A stretch of 64,000 bases of DNA from the NCBI GenBank assembly GCA_963725865.1, contig CAVSAC010000014.1, positions 1,376,001 through 1,440,000 of the forward strand, written 5' to 3'. Below are positions 41,532 to 50,275 of the stretch, one piece after another. A program made the translations under genes and the position numbers. Below the pieces are notes generated by a model. That model was not told the DNA's origin. It ran no database searches and saw nothing but the letters and a program-made list of their open reading frames with translations. This stretch comes from Candidatus Eiseniibacteriota bacterium (GTDB taxonomy: Bacteria > Eisenbacteria > RBG-16-71-46). Position 1 is the first letter of the stretch. Every line of letters starts with the position of its first letter.

Positions 41532-42169
41532 CGATGCGCTCCGTTCCGCGCCATCAGTCCGTCGAGCATGAGCTCGAGCCGGATGCGCAGCTCGGGGAGC
41601 AGCTTGAAGTCGTAGGGGGAGCCGGCCGGGCACTCGTCGCAGTTCACCCACGTGTAGATCGTCGCGTAGTAGATCCCGGTCAGCATCTCGGCGGCGCGGC
41701 CCTCGTCCACGTCGGTCCGCAGCTCGCCGGCGTCGCGGGCCATCTGCAGCGCTCGGAACACGAGCGTGTTCCAGCGCACCGCGTGCGTGCCCTCGTCGGC
41801 GACGTCGAACGCGCGCGCCATCAGCTCGTTGATCACGTAGCGCGACAGCTCGCGGTCGGCCTCGTAGGCGGTGGCGGCGCGCAGGTAGACGTCGATCAGC
41901 TTCTCGCGCGCCGGCTTCTTCGCCGCGAAGATCGCCTCGGCGTTGGCCTCGAGGTCCACGAGGCGCTGCTCGGACAGGTAGCCCAGCACCGATTCCTTGC
42001 GCGGGAAGTAGTTGAAGAACGTCCCCTTCGCGACATCCGCGCGCTCCGTGATGTCGTCGATCGTGGTCTCGGCGAAGCCGCGCTTGCTGAACAGGCGGAT
42101 CGCTTCCTTGAAGATGCGCTCGCGAGTCTCTTCCTTCTTGCGCTCGCGGCGCGACGGCTCGGTGATCAT
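41528..42169 (-). CDS. TetR/AcrR family transcriptional regulator
   Basis: RRERKKEETRERI...LFSKRGFAETTIDDITERADVAKGTFFNYFPRKE. Confidence 0.95.
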   Translation of the reverse strand: MITEPSRRERKKEETRERIFKEAIRLFSKRGFAETTIDDITERADVAKGTFFNYFPRKESVLGYLSEQRLVDLEANAEAIFAAKKPAREKLIDVYLRAATAYEADRELSRYVINELMARAFDVADEGTHAVRWNTLVFRALQMARDAGELRTDVDEGRAAEMLTGIYYATIYTWVNCDECPAGSPYDFKLLPELRIRLELMLDGLMARNGAHR

Positions 42170-42210
42170 GGCATTCCTCGGGTGAGGGATCGATTGGACT
42201 CGCTACAATA

Positions 42211-42371
42211 ATGACCACGGTCCAAATATAGGCTAGGTCCATCTACGTTTGTCGAGTCGGATTGGTTGCACGGAACGCGCATTCCTCCAGGAACTGACGA
42301 CATTCCGTTGCCGCACAGCATGTTGTGGGGTCGTCAATTCTGACCCGAGTCCAATGATGGGCCCGGTCCAA
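42211..42371 (-). promoter_or_regulatory. AT-richer promoter region with four related 15-bp boxes (putative TetR operators)
   Basis: ATGACCACGGTCCAA (42211), ATAGGCTAGGTCCAT (42228), CTGACCCGAGTCCAA (42340), ATGGGCCCGGTCCAA (42357). Confidence 0.6.
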
Positions 42372-42406
42372 AACTGGTCCAGGCCCATCGAGTCGTCGGC
42401 TCGGGC

Positions 42407-44755
42407 CTAGAAGTCGACCCGGAGCTGCGCGAGCCAGCCGCGCGTGGCGGCGGGGATCAGGTGCGGCACGAGCGCGCCGGCCGAGTCGTAGTCGAGGTAG
42501 CCGCCAGTGGCGTAGTGGACGTCGAGCGCGTTCATCACGCGCACCGACAGTTCCGTGCGCGCGGCGCCCGCCGGGAGGCGAAGTGCGCCGGTCAGGTCGA
42601 GCGTGGTGCGCGGGGCGGCGCTGACCGCGCGGGTCTCGGTGTTGTCGAGGTAGATGCGCCCGGCGTGATGGACCTCGGCGCCCCACGCGAGCCGCGTCCA
42701 CTCGAGGCGCGCGGCGAGGTTCGCCATCGTCGCCGGGAAGAAGCCGAGCGCCTTGCCGTCGTAGCTCACGACGTCGCTCGGCGTGGTGCCGTAGACTTCG
42801 CGGTACTCCACGAAGTGGTTGTCCGACAGCGTCGCGTTCGCATCGAGCGCCAGGCGCGCGCCGCGGGGGAGCGGCTGTTCCGTGCGCGCCGCCAGCTCCG
42901 CGCCCTGGTGCACCGAGCGCGCCGCGTTGCCCAGGATCGGGTAGCCGAGGTCGGTGTCGAACTGGCCCGCATAGACCAGCTCGTCACGGAAGTCCATCCG
43001 GAACAGGTTCACGCTCGCGTTCGCCGTCGCACCGCGCCACGCCGCGCCGACCTCCCAGTCCCGCACGTGCTCGGGCTTGATGAGCGGATCGCGATAGATG
43101 CCGCGCGCCACGTCGACCTCGCGGTAGAGCGGCAGGCTGCCGGCGCCTTCGGCGTCGTACAGGTCGCGGAACGCCGGCTCGCGCGAGGAATAGGCCCATG
43201 ACGCGAACGCCTGCAGGTCGGCGCGCGGCGACCACGAGAGTCCCAGGCGTGGGACGGCGAAGTCGTAGGGTTGATCGAACCGGATGCCGTCGAACCGGTC
43301 GCCGCGCATCGCGTACGACTGGTGTCGCCAGGCCAGGTCGGCGGTGACCAGCAGCCGCTCGCGGGCCTGCCATTCCTCGCGCGCGAAGAGCCCGGCCGCC
43401 AGCGTGCGCGGATGGTAGTCGTAGTACCGCGTGTCGAGCCCCGCGCCGGGCGGCAGCGGGGTGCCGCCGAGCACCTCGCCGAAGTGGTGCCCGTCGTGCG
43501 CGCGCAGCTCGCCGCCGATGGTGAGCGCGCCGCCGGCGTGCTCGATTCGCACCCGCGGCACCCAGCCGAAGTGGCGGTTCACGACCGTGCGCCGCCGCAC
43601 CAGGTCGAAGCGCTCCAGCGTCACGCGACCCTGCGCGTCGCGGATCAGCGCGCCGCCCGCGTCCTGGGCGTAGTAGTCGCGCGGCGCCAGCGTGCTGTCG
43701 TCGGTCGCCCACGGCGCGAGCCGGTAGTCGGCGAGCGCGCGGCCGAGCCGGCGCTCGTCGTAGTAGCCGCGTCCGTCGTACCAGAACAGCGTCTGAGCGA
43801 GCGCCATGCCGCGCCCCGGCGACCAGGCATGCACGATCTCGTAGTGCGGCTCGAAGAAGTGGTCGCGCTCGCCATCGTAGGTGAGCGGGTTGAAGCGCCG
43901 ATCGCGGTCGCGGTCGCCGGTGATGCGCCCGTCGAGGTAGGCATTCGGCACGCCGAGGTAGGCGAGGTGGGTCTCCTCGGGGCCGCCGTAGAGATTCACG
44001 CGCAGGGATTGCCGGCCCCAGGTGCGGCGCGCCGCCAGCGCGTACGACCACAGCTGCGAGTCCGAGCGCTCGCGATAGCCGTCGGTCTGGACGCGCGAGT
44101 AGCGCCCGTAGAGGTTCCAGCCGCCGGCCAGCCGCCCGGATTCCGTCTCGAGCATCAGTCGCCGGGTGCCCCAGGCGCCGCCCGCGACCAGCGCGCTGGT
44201 GCGCGGCGTCTCGCCGAGCGGGGCGGTCTCGAGGTTGACGCTGCCGCCGAGCGATGCGGCGCCGTACAGCGCCGAGCCCACGCCGCGCTGCATCTGCACC
44301 TCGCTGGTGGAGGCGAGCAGGTCGGGATGATCGATCCAGTAGACCTCGTGCGATTCGGGGTCGTTGAGCGGCACGCCATTCACGAGCACGCTGATGCGCC
44401 GCTGCGGGAACCCGCGGATGGAGAGGTAGGAGTACCCGATACCGTTGCCGGCGTCGGAGTACGCGTAGGCGCCCGGCAACGCCGCCAGCGCCATCGGGGT
44501 GTCCTGGCCCCAGTTCAGCCGCTGCGCGTCCGCGCGCGTCAGCACGCTGCGCGCGACCGGCGCGCGCTCGCCCGGGCGCGTGGTGCTCACCACCACCTCG
44601 GGCATCGGCACCACGCGCTCGAGCGTCTCGCGCACGGCCGGCGCGGCGAGCGCGCCGGCCGCCAACGGAGCCGCGATGGTCACCGCCGCCGCGGCGTCCC
44701 GGGTGCCGAGGACGAGCGCGGCGAGGAGCGAAAGGGCGACGAGGCGCGTGTTCAT
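42407..44755 (-). CDS. TonB-dependent receptor, probable thiamine/thiamine-precursor uptake
   Basis: Signal peptide, EVVVS TonB box, plug SDAGNGIGYSYLSIRGF...NGVPLNDPESHEVYW, C-terminal Phe; downstream of the TPP riboswitch. Confidence 0.9.
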   Translation of the reverse strand: MNTRLVALSLLAALVLGTRDAAAAVTIAAPLAAGALAAPAVRETLERVVPMPEVVVSTTRPGERAPVARSVLTRADAQRLNWGQDTPMALAALPGAYAYSDAGNGIGYSYLSIRGFPQRRISVLVNGVPLNDPESHEVYWIDHPDLLASTSEVQMQRGVGSALYGAASLGGSVNLETAPLGETPRTSALVAGGAWGTRRLMLETESGRLAGGWNLYGRYSRVQTDGYRERSDSQLWSYALAARRTWGRQSLRVNLYGGPEETHLAYLGVPNAYLDGRITGDRDRDRRFNPLTYDGERDHFFEPHYEIVHAWSPGRGMALAQTLFWYDGRGYYDERRLGRALADYRLAPWATDDSTLAPRDYYAQDAGGALIRDAQGRVTLERFDLVRRRTVVNRHFGWVPRVRIEHAGGALTIGGELRAHDGHHFGEVLGGTPLPPGAGLDTRYYDYHPRTLAAGLFAREEWQARERLLVTADLAWRHQSYAMRGDRFDGIRFDQPYDFAVPRLGLSWSPRADLQAFASWAYSSREPAFRDLYDAEGAGSLPLYREVDVARGIYRDPLIKPEHVRDWEVGAAWRGATANASVNLFRMDFRDELVYAGQFDTDLGYPILGNAARSVHQGAELAARTEQPLPRGARLALDANATLSDNHFVEYREVYGTTPSDVVSYDGKALGFFPATMANLAARLEWTRLAWGAEVHHAGRIYLDNTETRAVSAAPRTTLDLTGALRLPAGAARTELSVRVMNALDVHYATGGYLDYDSAGALVPHLIPAATRGWLAQLRVDF

Positions 44756-46146
44756 GAGGTCCTCCTGCGCGAGACGAGCCAGCCGGCGGCGTAGATCGCG
44801 AACGACGCCGCGAGCCCGGCATAGATGGGTTCGAGTGAGAGCGGATAGCCGGCCGCGGGCTGGATGGTCTTCGCGATCACCCACGCGGTCGTGAGCGCGA
44901 ACGGCACCACCATCGCGACCACGGTCCAGCGCCCGTTCAGCATCCCGCGCCCGGCCAGCGCGAGCCCGACCGGCAGCAGCAGCACCGGCGTGGTGATGGA
45001 GCCCAGGTCGTGCCACAGCGCGACCACGCTCGGGCGCGCGAGCGCCAGCGCGGTCGCGAACGCCGCGGCGATCCACAGGCCGAGCTTGCTGTGGTCCACC
45101 AGGCCCGCCTCGTCGCGCGCGCCGCGCAGCCGCCACCACACGTCGCGGCCGAGCGTGGTGGCCGCGATGAAGCCGTACGAGTCCACCGTGCTCATCACGG
45201 TCGCGATCATGGCGAGGTAGAACAGACCGAGCGCGAGCGGCGGCAGCGTCACGCGCGCCAGCTCCGGGAACGCGAACACCGGATCGTGCAGCGCCGGCAG
45301 CACGGCGCGCGCGTAGAGCCCGGTGAACGTGGTCAGGAAGTCGAACACCACCCAGCAGGCCACCGACCACAGCACGCCGTTGCGCGCGACGCGCTCGTCG
45401 CGCGCCGCGTACGCGCGCTGCCAGAACCCCGGGTCGACCAGCGTCGAGAGCGCAATGAAGTACCAGACGAAGATCGCCTGGGGTGGATTGCCGCCGTGCC
45501 ACACGAAGTGCGTCGACGGCAGGTGCGCGTGCAGGAAGCCCAGTCCGCCGTGCCGCGCGACCAGGAACGCGAGCATCACGACGAAGCCCGCGTACATGAG
45601 CACGAACTGCACCTGGTCGGTGAACACCACGGTGCGCAATCCGCCATGGTGGATGTAGAAGATCGACAGCAGCGCCGCGCCGATCACGCAGGGCACGAGC
45701 GGCCAGCCCGTCATCGCCGCGAACAATGTGCCCAGCATCAGCACGTAGGCCGCCGGGGCCGACGTCACGAACACCGCGAGCGCTCCGACCAGCGCCGGCC
45801 CGCGGCCGCAGCGGCGCTCGAGCAGGTCGGGGATGGTGTACAGCGCCTGCCGGCGCGCGCGCTTCGCGAACAGGAACGCGAACAGCAGCGCGCCGACGTA
45901 GTACGGCACGCCGAACACCAGCCAGTTCGCGAGCCCGTAGCGGTAGGCGTACTCGCCGACGCCCAGGATGCCGCCGTACCACGTGGCGACCAGGGTCGCC
46001 ACGAACGCGGGGAGCGTCACGCGGCGGCCCGCGACGAGATAGTCGAGCACCGGCGGCGTGTGGCCGACGCGCCGCGCCCAGACGACCGCGAGGAAGCCCA
46101 GATAGAGGACGACCAGTCCCCAGTCCAGGGGACTCGTGCTGAACAT
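44752..46146 (-). CDS. Sodium:solute symporter (SSS) family, ThiV-like thiamine/precursor transporter
   Basis: DYLVAGR, LVATWYGG, TIPDLL, GGLRTVVFTDQVQ, FWQRAYAA, ATVMSTVDS; first gene after the TPP riboswitch. Confidence 0.9.
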   Translation of the reverse strand: MFSTSPLDWGLVVLYLGFLAVVWARRVGHTPPVLDYLVAGRRVTLPAFVATLVATWYGGILGVGEYAYRYGLANWLVFGVPYYVGALLFAFLFAKRARRQALYTIPDLLERRCGRGPALVGALAVFVTSAPAAYVLMLGTLFAAMTGWPLVPCVIGAALLSIFYIHHGGLRTVVFTDQVQFVLMYAGFVVMLAFLVARHGGLGFLHAHLPSTHFVWHGGNPPQAIFVWYFIALSTLVDPGFWQRAYAARDERVARNGVLWSVACWVVFDFLTTFTGLYARAVLPALHDPVFAFPELARVTLPPLALGLFYLAMIATVMSTVDSYGFIAATTLGRDVWWRLRGARDEAGLVDHSKLGLWIAAAFATALALARPSVVALWHDLGSITTPVLLLPVGLALAGRGMLNGRWTVVAMVVPFALTTAWVIAKTIQPAAGYPLSLEPIYAGLAASFAIYAAGWLVSRRRTS

Positions 46147-46250
46147 GTGCGATCCCTGCGGGGGTCGCGCGCGACCGGCGCTGGACCGGAGACGCGCAGC
46201 GCCCTCCGCGAAGGGACGGCATGAAGGCAAGCGGAGAGCGCGTTTGTCTT

Positions 46251-46342
46251 CGCCGTTTCCCTACGCTGGTATGACCCAGTTCAGGTTCAGAGGGTGTGCT
46301 CTCAGGCCGGCGTTTTTCTGCTGCCGACCACCCCTAACGACG
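46251..46342 (-). ncRNA. TPP (thi-box) riboswitch
   Basis: The minus strand reads CGUCGUU-AGGGGUG...CUGAGA-GCACACCCUCUGAACCUGAACUGGGUCAUACCAGCGUAGGGA-AACGGCG. This has the UGAGA, GAACCUGA and AGCGUAGGGA core with P1 pairing. Confidence 0.95.
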
Positions 46343-46421
46343 CGCCCGCGATGCGGGCACGCGCAGGATGCATCCGGGCGGGGGTGAACGCAAGGCGGCG
46401 GGTCACAGGCGAGGCGCGGGG

Positions 46422-47873
46422 CTACTGCCCCATGGTCACCGTGACCGGGCCGAAGCCCTCGATCGCGCGCGCGCCGCGCACCATGCGCTCGAACGCGGGG
46501 CGGCTGTCGATGCCGCCATGCCGCGCGCGCACGCCGAACCAACGCCGGCCCACGGTGAGGCTGTCCCACGCGGCGACGGTGACGCGTGCGGAATCGGGCA
46601 CGAACAGCGCGCCCTCGTAGTAGGGCATGTGGGGCGTGGGCAGGACGAGGATCTGCCGGCCGAGCGAAGGCGCGTGATGGCGGAAGAAGAACCACGCGTG
46701 GCCGTCGGCGAACGCGACCACGTCGCCGGCCTGCACGCGCGGGCGCAGCCACTGCTCCGCCCGCGCGAGTTCGACCGCCTCGATGTTCGGCAGGTGCGTC
46801 GCCAGCGTGCGCACGGCGACGAGGAGCAGCGCGGCGCCGAGACCCCGGCGGAGCCAGACCCACCGGGCTCCGAGCGCGGCCAGCCCCGCGCTCGCCAGCG
46901 CGCACCACCCCGGGAGCACGAACATCATGTAGCGGTCGGTGTACACGTGGGCCCCGCGCGCGGCGAGCACGTACGCGAGCATCATCGGCACCAGCGACGC
47001 CATCCACACCAGCGCGGCCGCGCGGCGATGGCCGGGGAGCACCAGCGGCAGCAGCGCGAGCCCGGCCATCAGCGGCACCGCGAGCACCACGCCGAACGAG
47101 TAGATCCGCAGCACGTCGAGGAACATCGCGGGCGAGACCGGGCTCACCCAGTACTCGGCGCTCAGCCGGTGCCACTGGCTGAGGAACGTGCCGAGCTGCG
47201 GCAGGAACAGCAGGACCACCGCCGCGTTCAGCGCGAGCCAGCCGCCCAGCTTCCGCGGCGTGCGCGCGAGCGCCGCCGCGCCCCAGACGCCCAGGCCGGC
47301 GAGCACCAGGCCGGCCTGGTAGTGCGTGTACAGCGCGGCCGCCGCCGTCAGCACGAACAGCGCCGCGTCGCGCGGACGCCCGCGCTCGGTCCAGCGCCAC
47401 GCCATCCACGCGGCCAGCACGTACCACAGCCACAGCAGCGCGTAGGAACGCGCCTCCTGCGAGTAGTAGACGTGCGTGCGATGCACCGCCAGCAGCAGCG
47501 CGGCGAACAGCCCGGCGCCCCTGCCGAACGCCTCGGCCACGAGGCCGTACAGCGCCGCCACCGTCGCCACTCCAATGAGGATCGAGAGGCTCTTCAGCCA
47601 CAGCTCGCCCTCGCCGCCGAAGCGGATCCACAGGTGCTCGAGCAGGTAGTGCAGCGGGGGGTGCATGTCGTTCGCGAGCGCCGCCAGCAGTCCGCTCACG
47701 TCGAGGCGCGCCACCATCAGCGTGAAGATCTCGTCGAACCACAGCGGCGTGCGCACCGCCTCCCACACCCGCAGGCCGGTGGCGAGCGCCAGCACGGCGG
47801 CGAGCGCCAGCCACGGCGGCAACTGCGCGGATCCCGGGCGCGTCGCGTTCTGGGGAGGTGGAGCGGGCATCAT
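46422..47873 (-). CDS. GT-C glycosyltransferase (GT39/ArnT/PMT-like)
   Basis: PLWFDE, DMHPPLHY, YYSQEARSY, ALYTHY, multiple TM segments. Confidence 0.85.
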   Translation of the reverse strand: MMPAPPPQNATRPGSAQLPPWLALAAVLALATGLRVWEAVRTPLWFDEIFTLMVARLDVSGLLAALANDMHPPLHYLLEHLWIRFGGEGELWLKSLSILIGVATVAALYGLVAEAFGRGAGLFAALLLAVHRTHVYYSQEARSYALLWLWYVLAAWMAWRWTERGRPRDAALFVLTAAAALYTHYQAGLVLAGLGVWGAAALARTPRKLGGWLALNAAVVLLFLPQLGTFLSQWHRLSAEYWVSPVSPAMFLDVLRIYSFGVVLAVPLMAGLALLPLVLPGHRRAAALVWMASLVPMMLAYVLAARGAHVYTDRYMMFVLPGWCALASAGLAALGARWVWLRRGLGAALLLVAVRTLATHLPNIEAVELARAEQWLRPRVQAGDVVAFADGHAWFFFRHHAPSLGRQILVLPTPHMPYYEGALFVPDSARVTVAAWDSLTVGRRWFGVRARHGGIDSRPAFERMVRGARAIEGFGPVTVTMGQ

Positions 47874-48065
47874 CGAATGGCCTCGGGGTGGACGACGGGT
47901 CGCCGCGCATCCTAGCGCGGCGGCCGGGGTGCCCGCGAGGGTACGGTGCTCGGATCGACCCCGCTCGGCGCTCGGCGCGATCGCCCACGCGCGGCGCTCG
48001 GGTCGACCACGCGCCGCCGCCGCCCGCCGTGACGAGGGGTGCGGGCCGGGTTAGTCTCGCCCGCC

Positions 48066-49793
48066 ATGGCCCGCCTCTACCCGGAGAGTTTCCCCGTCGA
48101 ACTGAAGACCGAGCGCTCCGGTGCCGCCGAGTACGCGGTCTACGAGGCGCTCGCCGACGAGCTCGGCGAAGGCTGGCTGGTCATCCACCGCGTGCGCTGG
48201 CAGGAACGTCCCGAGCACGGGCGCGCGCACGACGGCGAGACCGATTTCGTGATCGCCCATCCCGACCGGGGCATGCTGGTGCTGGAGGTCAAGGGCGGGC
48301 TGGTCGCCTGCGACCCGAAGAGCGGCCGCTGGACCTCCACCGACCAGCACGGCGCGACGTTCGAGATCCGCGACCCGTTCGAGCAGGCGACCAGCTCCAG
48401 TCACGCGCTCGAGCGCAAGATCAAGTCGATGCCGTTCTGGCGCGGCAAGGAGGCGCCCATCGGCCACGCGGTGGCGCTGCCCGGCTGCACGAAGACCGCG
48501 TTCACCGGGCCCGCCGCCCCGCCCGAGCTGGTGCTCGACGCCGCCGACCTGAACCGCGCGGGCGAGGCGATCGAGCGCGCGTTCACGTTCTGGAACCTGC
48601 GCCCGGGCGAGGACTGGCGGCATCACGGCAGCGCGCTGCTCGAGCGGCTGTTCGTGCACAAGGAGTTCGCGCGCGTGCCGCTCGGCGTGCGGATGATCCA
48701 GCAGGAGCCGGAGTTCATCCGGCTCACCGAGGCGCAGGCGCGGCTGCTCGACGCGCTGCGGCTGCAGCGGCGCGCCGCGATCGCCGGGTGCGCCGGCTCG
48801 GGCAAGACCATGCTCGCGGTCGAGAAGGCGCGCCGGCTCTCGAGCGAGGGCTTCAAGGTGCTGGTGACGTGCTTCAACCGCGCGCTGGCGGAGTTCATCC
48901 GCCACCAGCTGCCGGCCACCGTGCCGAGCGGGCGCGCCGGAGTGTCGCGCGGCGCCGGGCAGCTCGACATCTTCGGCGGCACGCGCGTGGACGTGGAGTC
49001 GTTCCACGCGCTCGCCGCGTCGTGGGCACGCCGCGCAAGCGTCGAGTTGCCCGAGGCCGGAGCCGGCGAGGACGCGCGGCGCTTCTTCGACGAGGCGCTG
49101 CCCGAGGCGCTGATGACGGCGCTCGACCGGCTGCCCGAGCGCTACGACGCGGTGATCGTCGACGAGGGCCAGGACTTCCGGCCCGAGTGGTGGGTGCCGC
49201 TGCAGAGCCTGCTGGCCGAGCCCGACGACGGCATCCTCTACGTGTTTTTCGACGACAATCAGAGCCTCTACACCAGCGGCGCGCGCCTGCCCATCACCAC
49301 GCCGCCGTATCCGCTCACCGTCAACTGCCGGAACACGCGGCCGATCCACGAGTACGTCGCGCGCTTCTACCGCGGCGAGCAGAAGCCCGAGGCGGGCGGC
49401 CCCGACGGCCTGCCGGTCGAGCGGCTCACGTACGAGGACGAGCGCGAGCTGCGCGAGCACCTGCGCCGCGTGCTGCATCGGCTCACGCGCGACGAAGGGG
49501 TGCCCGAGAAGGACATCGTCGTGCTGTCGCCGTTCGGCCGCAGCCGCAGCGCGCTGTGGCGCGAGCCGCGCTACGGCAACCTGGCACTCACCGACGCGTG
49601 GCCGCCGGCGCCCGGCTACGTGCAGTGCGAGACCGTGCACGCGTTCAAGGGGCTCGAGCGCGCGGTGGTGGTGCTGGCCGAGCTCGGCGGCGACGGTCAC
49701 GGCCGCCTCGAGGAGATGCTCTACGTCGGCGGCTCGCGCGCGAAGAGCCACCTGATCGTGATCGCCGCCGCGGACGCCGCCGCGGCGCGGTGA
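48066..49793 (+). CDS. NERD-domain nuclease fused to SF1 (UvrD-like) helicase
   Basis: ETDFVIAHPDRGMLVLEVKGG (PD-(D/E)xK), GCAGSGKT, TCFN, VDEGQD, NCRNT, HAFKGLE, YVGGSRA. Confidence 0.88.
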   Translation: MARLYPESFPVELKTERSGAAEYAVYEALADELGEGWLVIHRVRWQERPEHGRAHDGETDFVIAHPDRGMLVLEVKGGLVACDPKSGRWTSTDQHGATFEIRDPFEQATSSSHALERKIKSMPFWRGKEAPIGHAVALPGCTKTAFTGPAAPPELVLDAADLNRAGEAIERAFTFWNLRPGEDWRHHGSALLERLFVHKEFARVPLGVRMIQQEPEFIRLTEAQARLLDALRLQRRAAIAGCAGSGKTMLAVEKARRLSSEGFKVLVTCFNRALAEFIRHQLPATVPSGRAGVSRGAGQLDIFGGTRVDVESFHALAASWARRASVELPEAGAGEDARRFFDEALPEALMTALDRLPERYDAVIVDEGQDFRPEWWVPLQSLLAEPDDGILYVFFDDNQSLYTSGARLPITTPPYPLTVNCRNTRPIHEYVARFYRGEQKPEAGGPDGLPVERLTYEDERELREHLRRVLHRLTRDEGVPEKDIVVLSPFGRSRSALWREPRYGNLALTDAWPPAPGYVQCETVHAFKGLERAVVVLAELGGDGHGRLEEMLYVGGSRAKSHLIVIAAADAAAAR

Positions 49794-49831
49794 GGCCTCG
49801 GGTGCGCGGCCGCGGGCCGCCAACCGCTCTG

Positions 49832-50065
49832 CTACCGCGCCTCGCGCTCCACGCGCATCATCTGGCCCATCACGAAGCGCACGCGCACGCGGTCGCCGGC
49901 GGCGAGGTCGACGGGGCACTCGGCGGCCGCGACGCGCCCGGCCTGGCCCGCGCCCGGCAGGTCGTCCAGCTCCACGGCGACGTCCACCCAGCGGTCCCCG
50001 TGGATGTCCAGCGGCCTCACGGCACGCACCACGCCCGACTTGTCCTGCGGCAGGAGGAGCGACAT
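49832..50065 (-). CDS. Small hypothetical protein (77 aa), possible OB-fold
   Basis: Coding-like codon usage, DLAAGDRVRVRF, and its own promoter TTGACG-N17-CACTGT-N7-ATG. Confidence 0.6.
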   Translation of the reverse strand: MSLLLPQDKSGVVRAVRPLDIHGDRWVDVAVELDDLPGAGQAGRVAAAECPVDLAAGDRVRVRFVMGQMMRVEREAR

Positions 50066-50088
50066 GCGCCGCACAGTGGCGGCGCGAC

Positions 50089-50197
50089 GCGCGGGCGTCA
50101 AGGGTCGCGGGACTTCGCGGCGCCGCCGCGGGCCCTCGCCGCGCGGGCGTCAAGGGTCGCGGGACTTCGCAGCGCCGCCGCGGACCCTCGCCGCGCG
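50089..50197. repeat. 52-bp tandem duplication (2 copies, 2 mismatches) in a divergent intergenic region
   Basis: GCGCGGGCGTCAAGGGTCGCGGGACTTCGC(G/A)GCGCCGCCGCGG(G/A)CCCTCGCC at 50089-50140 and 50141-50192. Confidence 0.92.
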
Positions 50198-50275
50198 TCC
50201 GGCGCGCTCGCGGCCGCGCGTAGCGGACCGCGGCCGCCTCGCGTCGGGCCGAGCGCTGCCGTATCCTGCGCCGTC

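Noticed and set aside
42170..42400. Low-GC patch as a sign of horizontal transfer
   Set aside because: It is short and intergenic, explained by the promoter/operator region, and flanking genes have host-like codon usage.
50089..50197. Possible CRISPR array
   Set aside because: There are two directly adjacent 52-bp units with no unique spacers and no cas genes.
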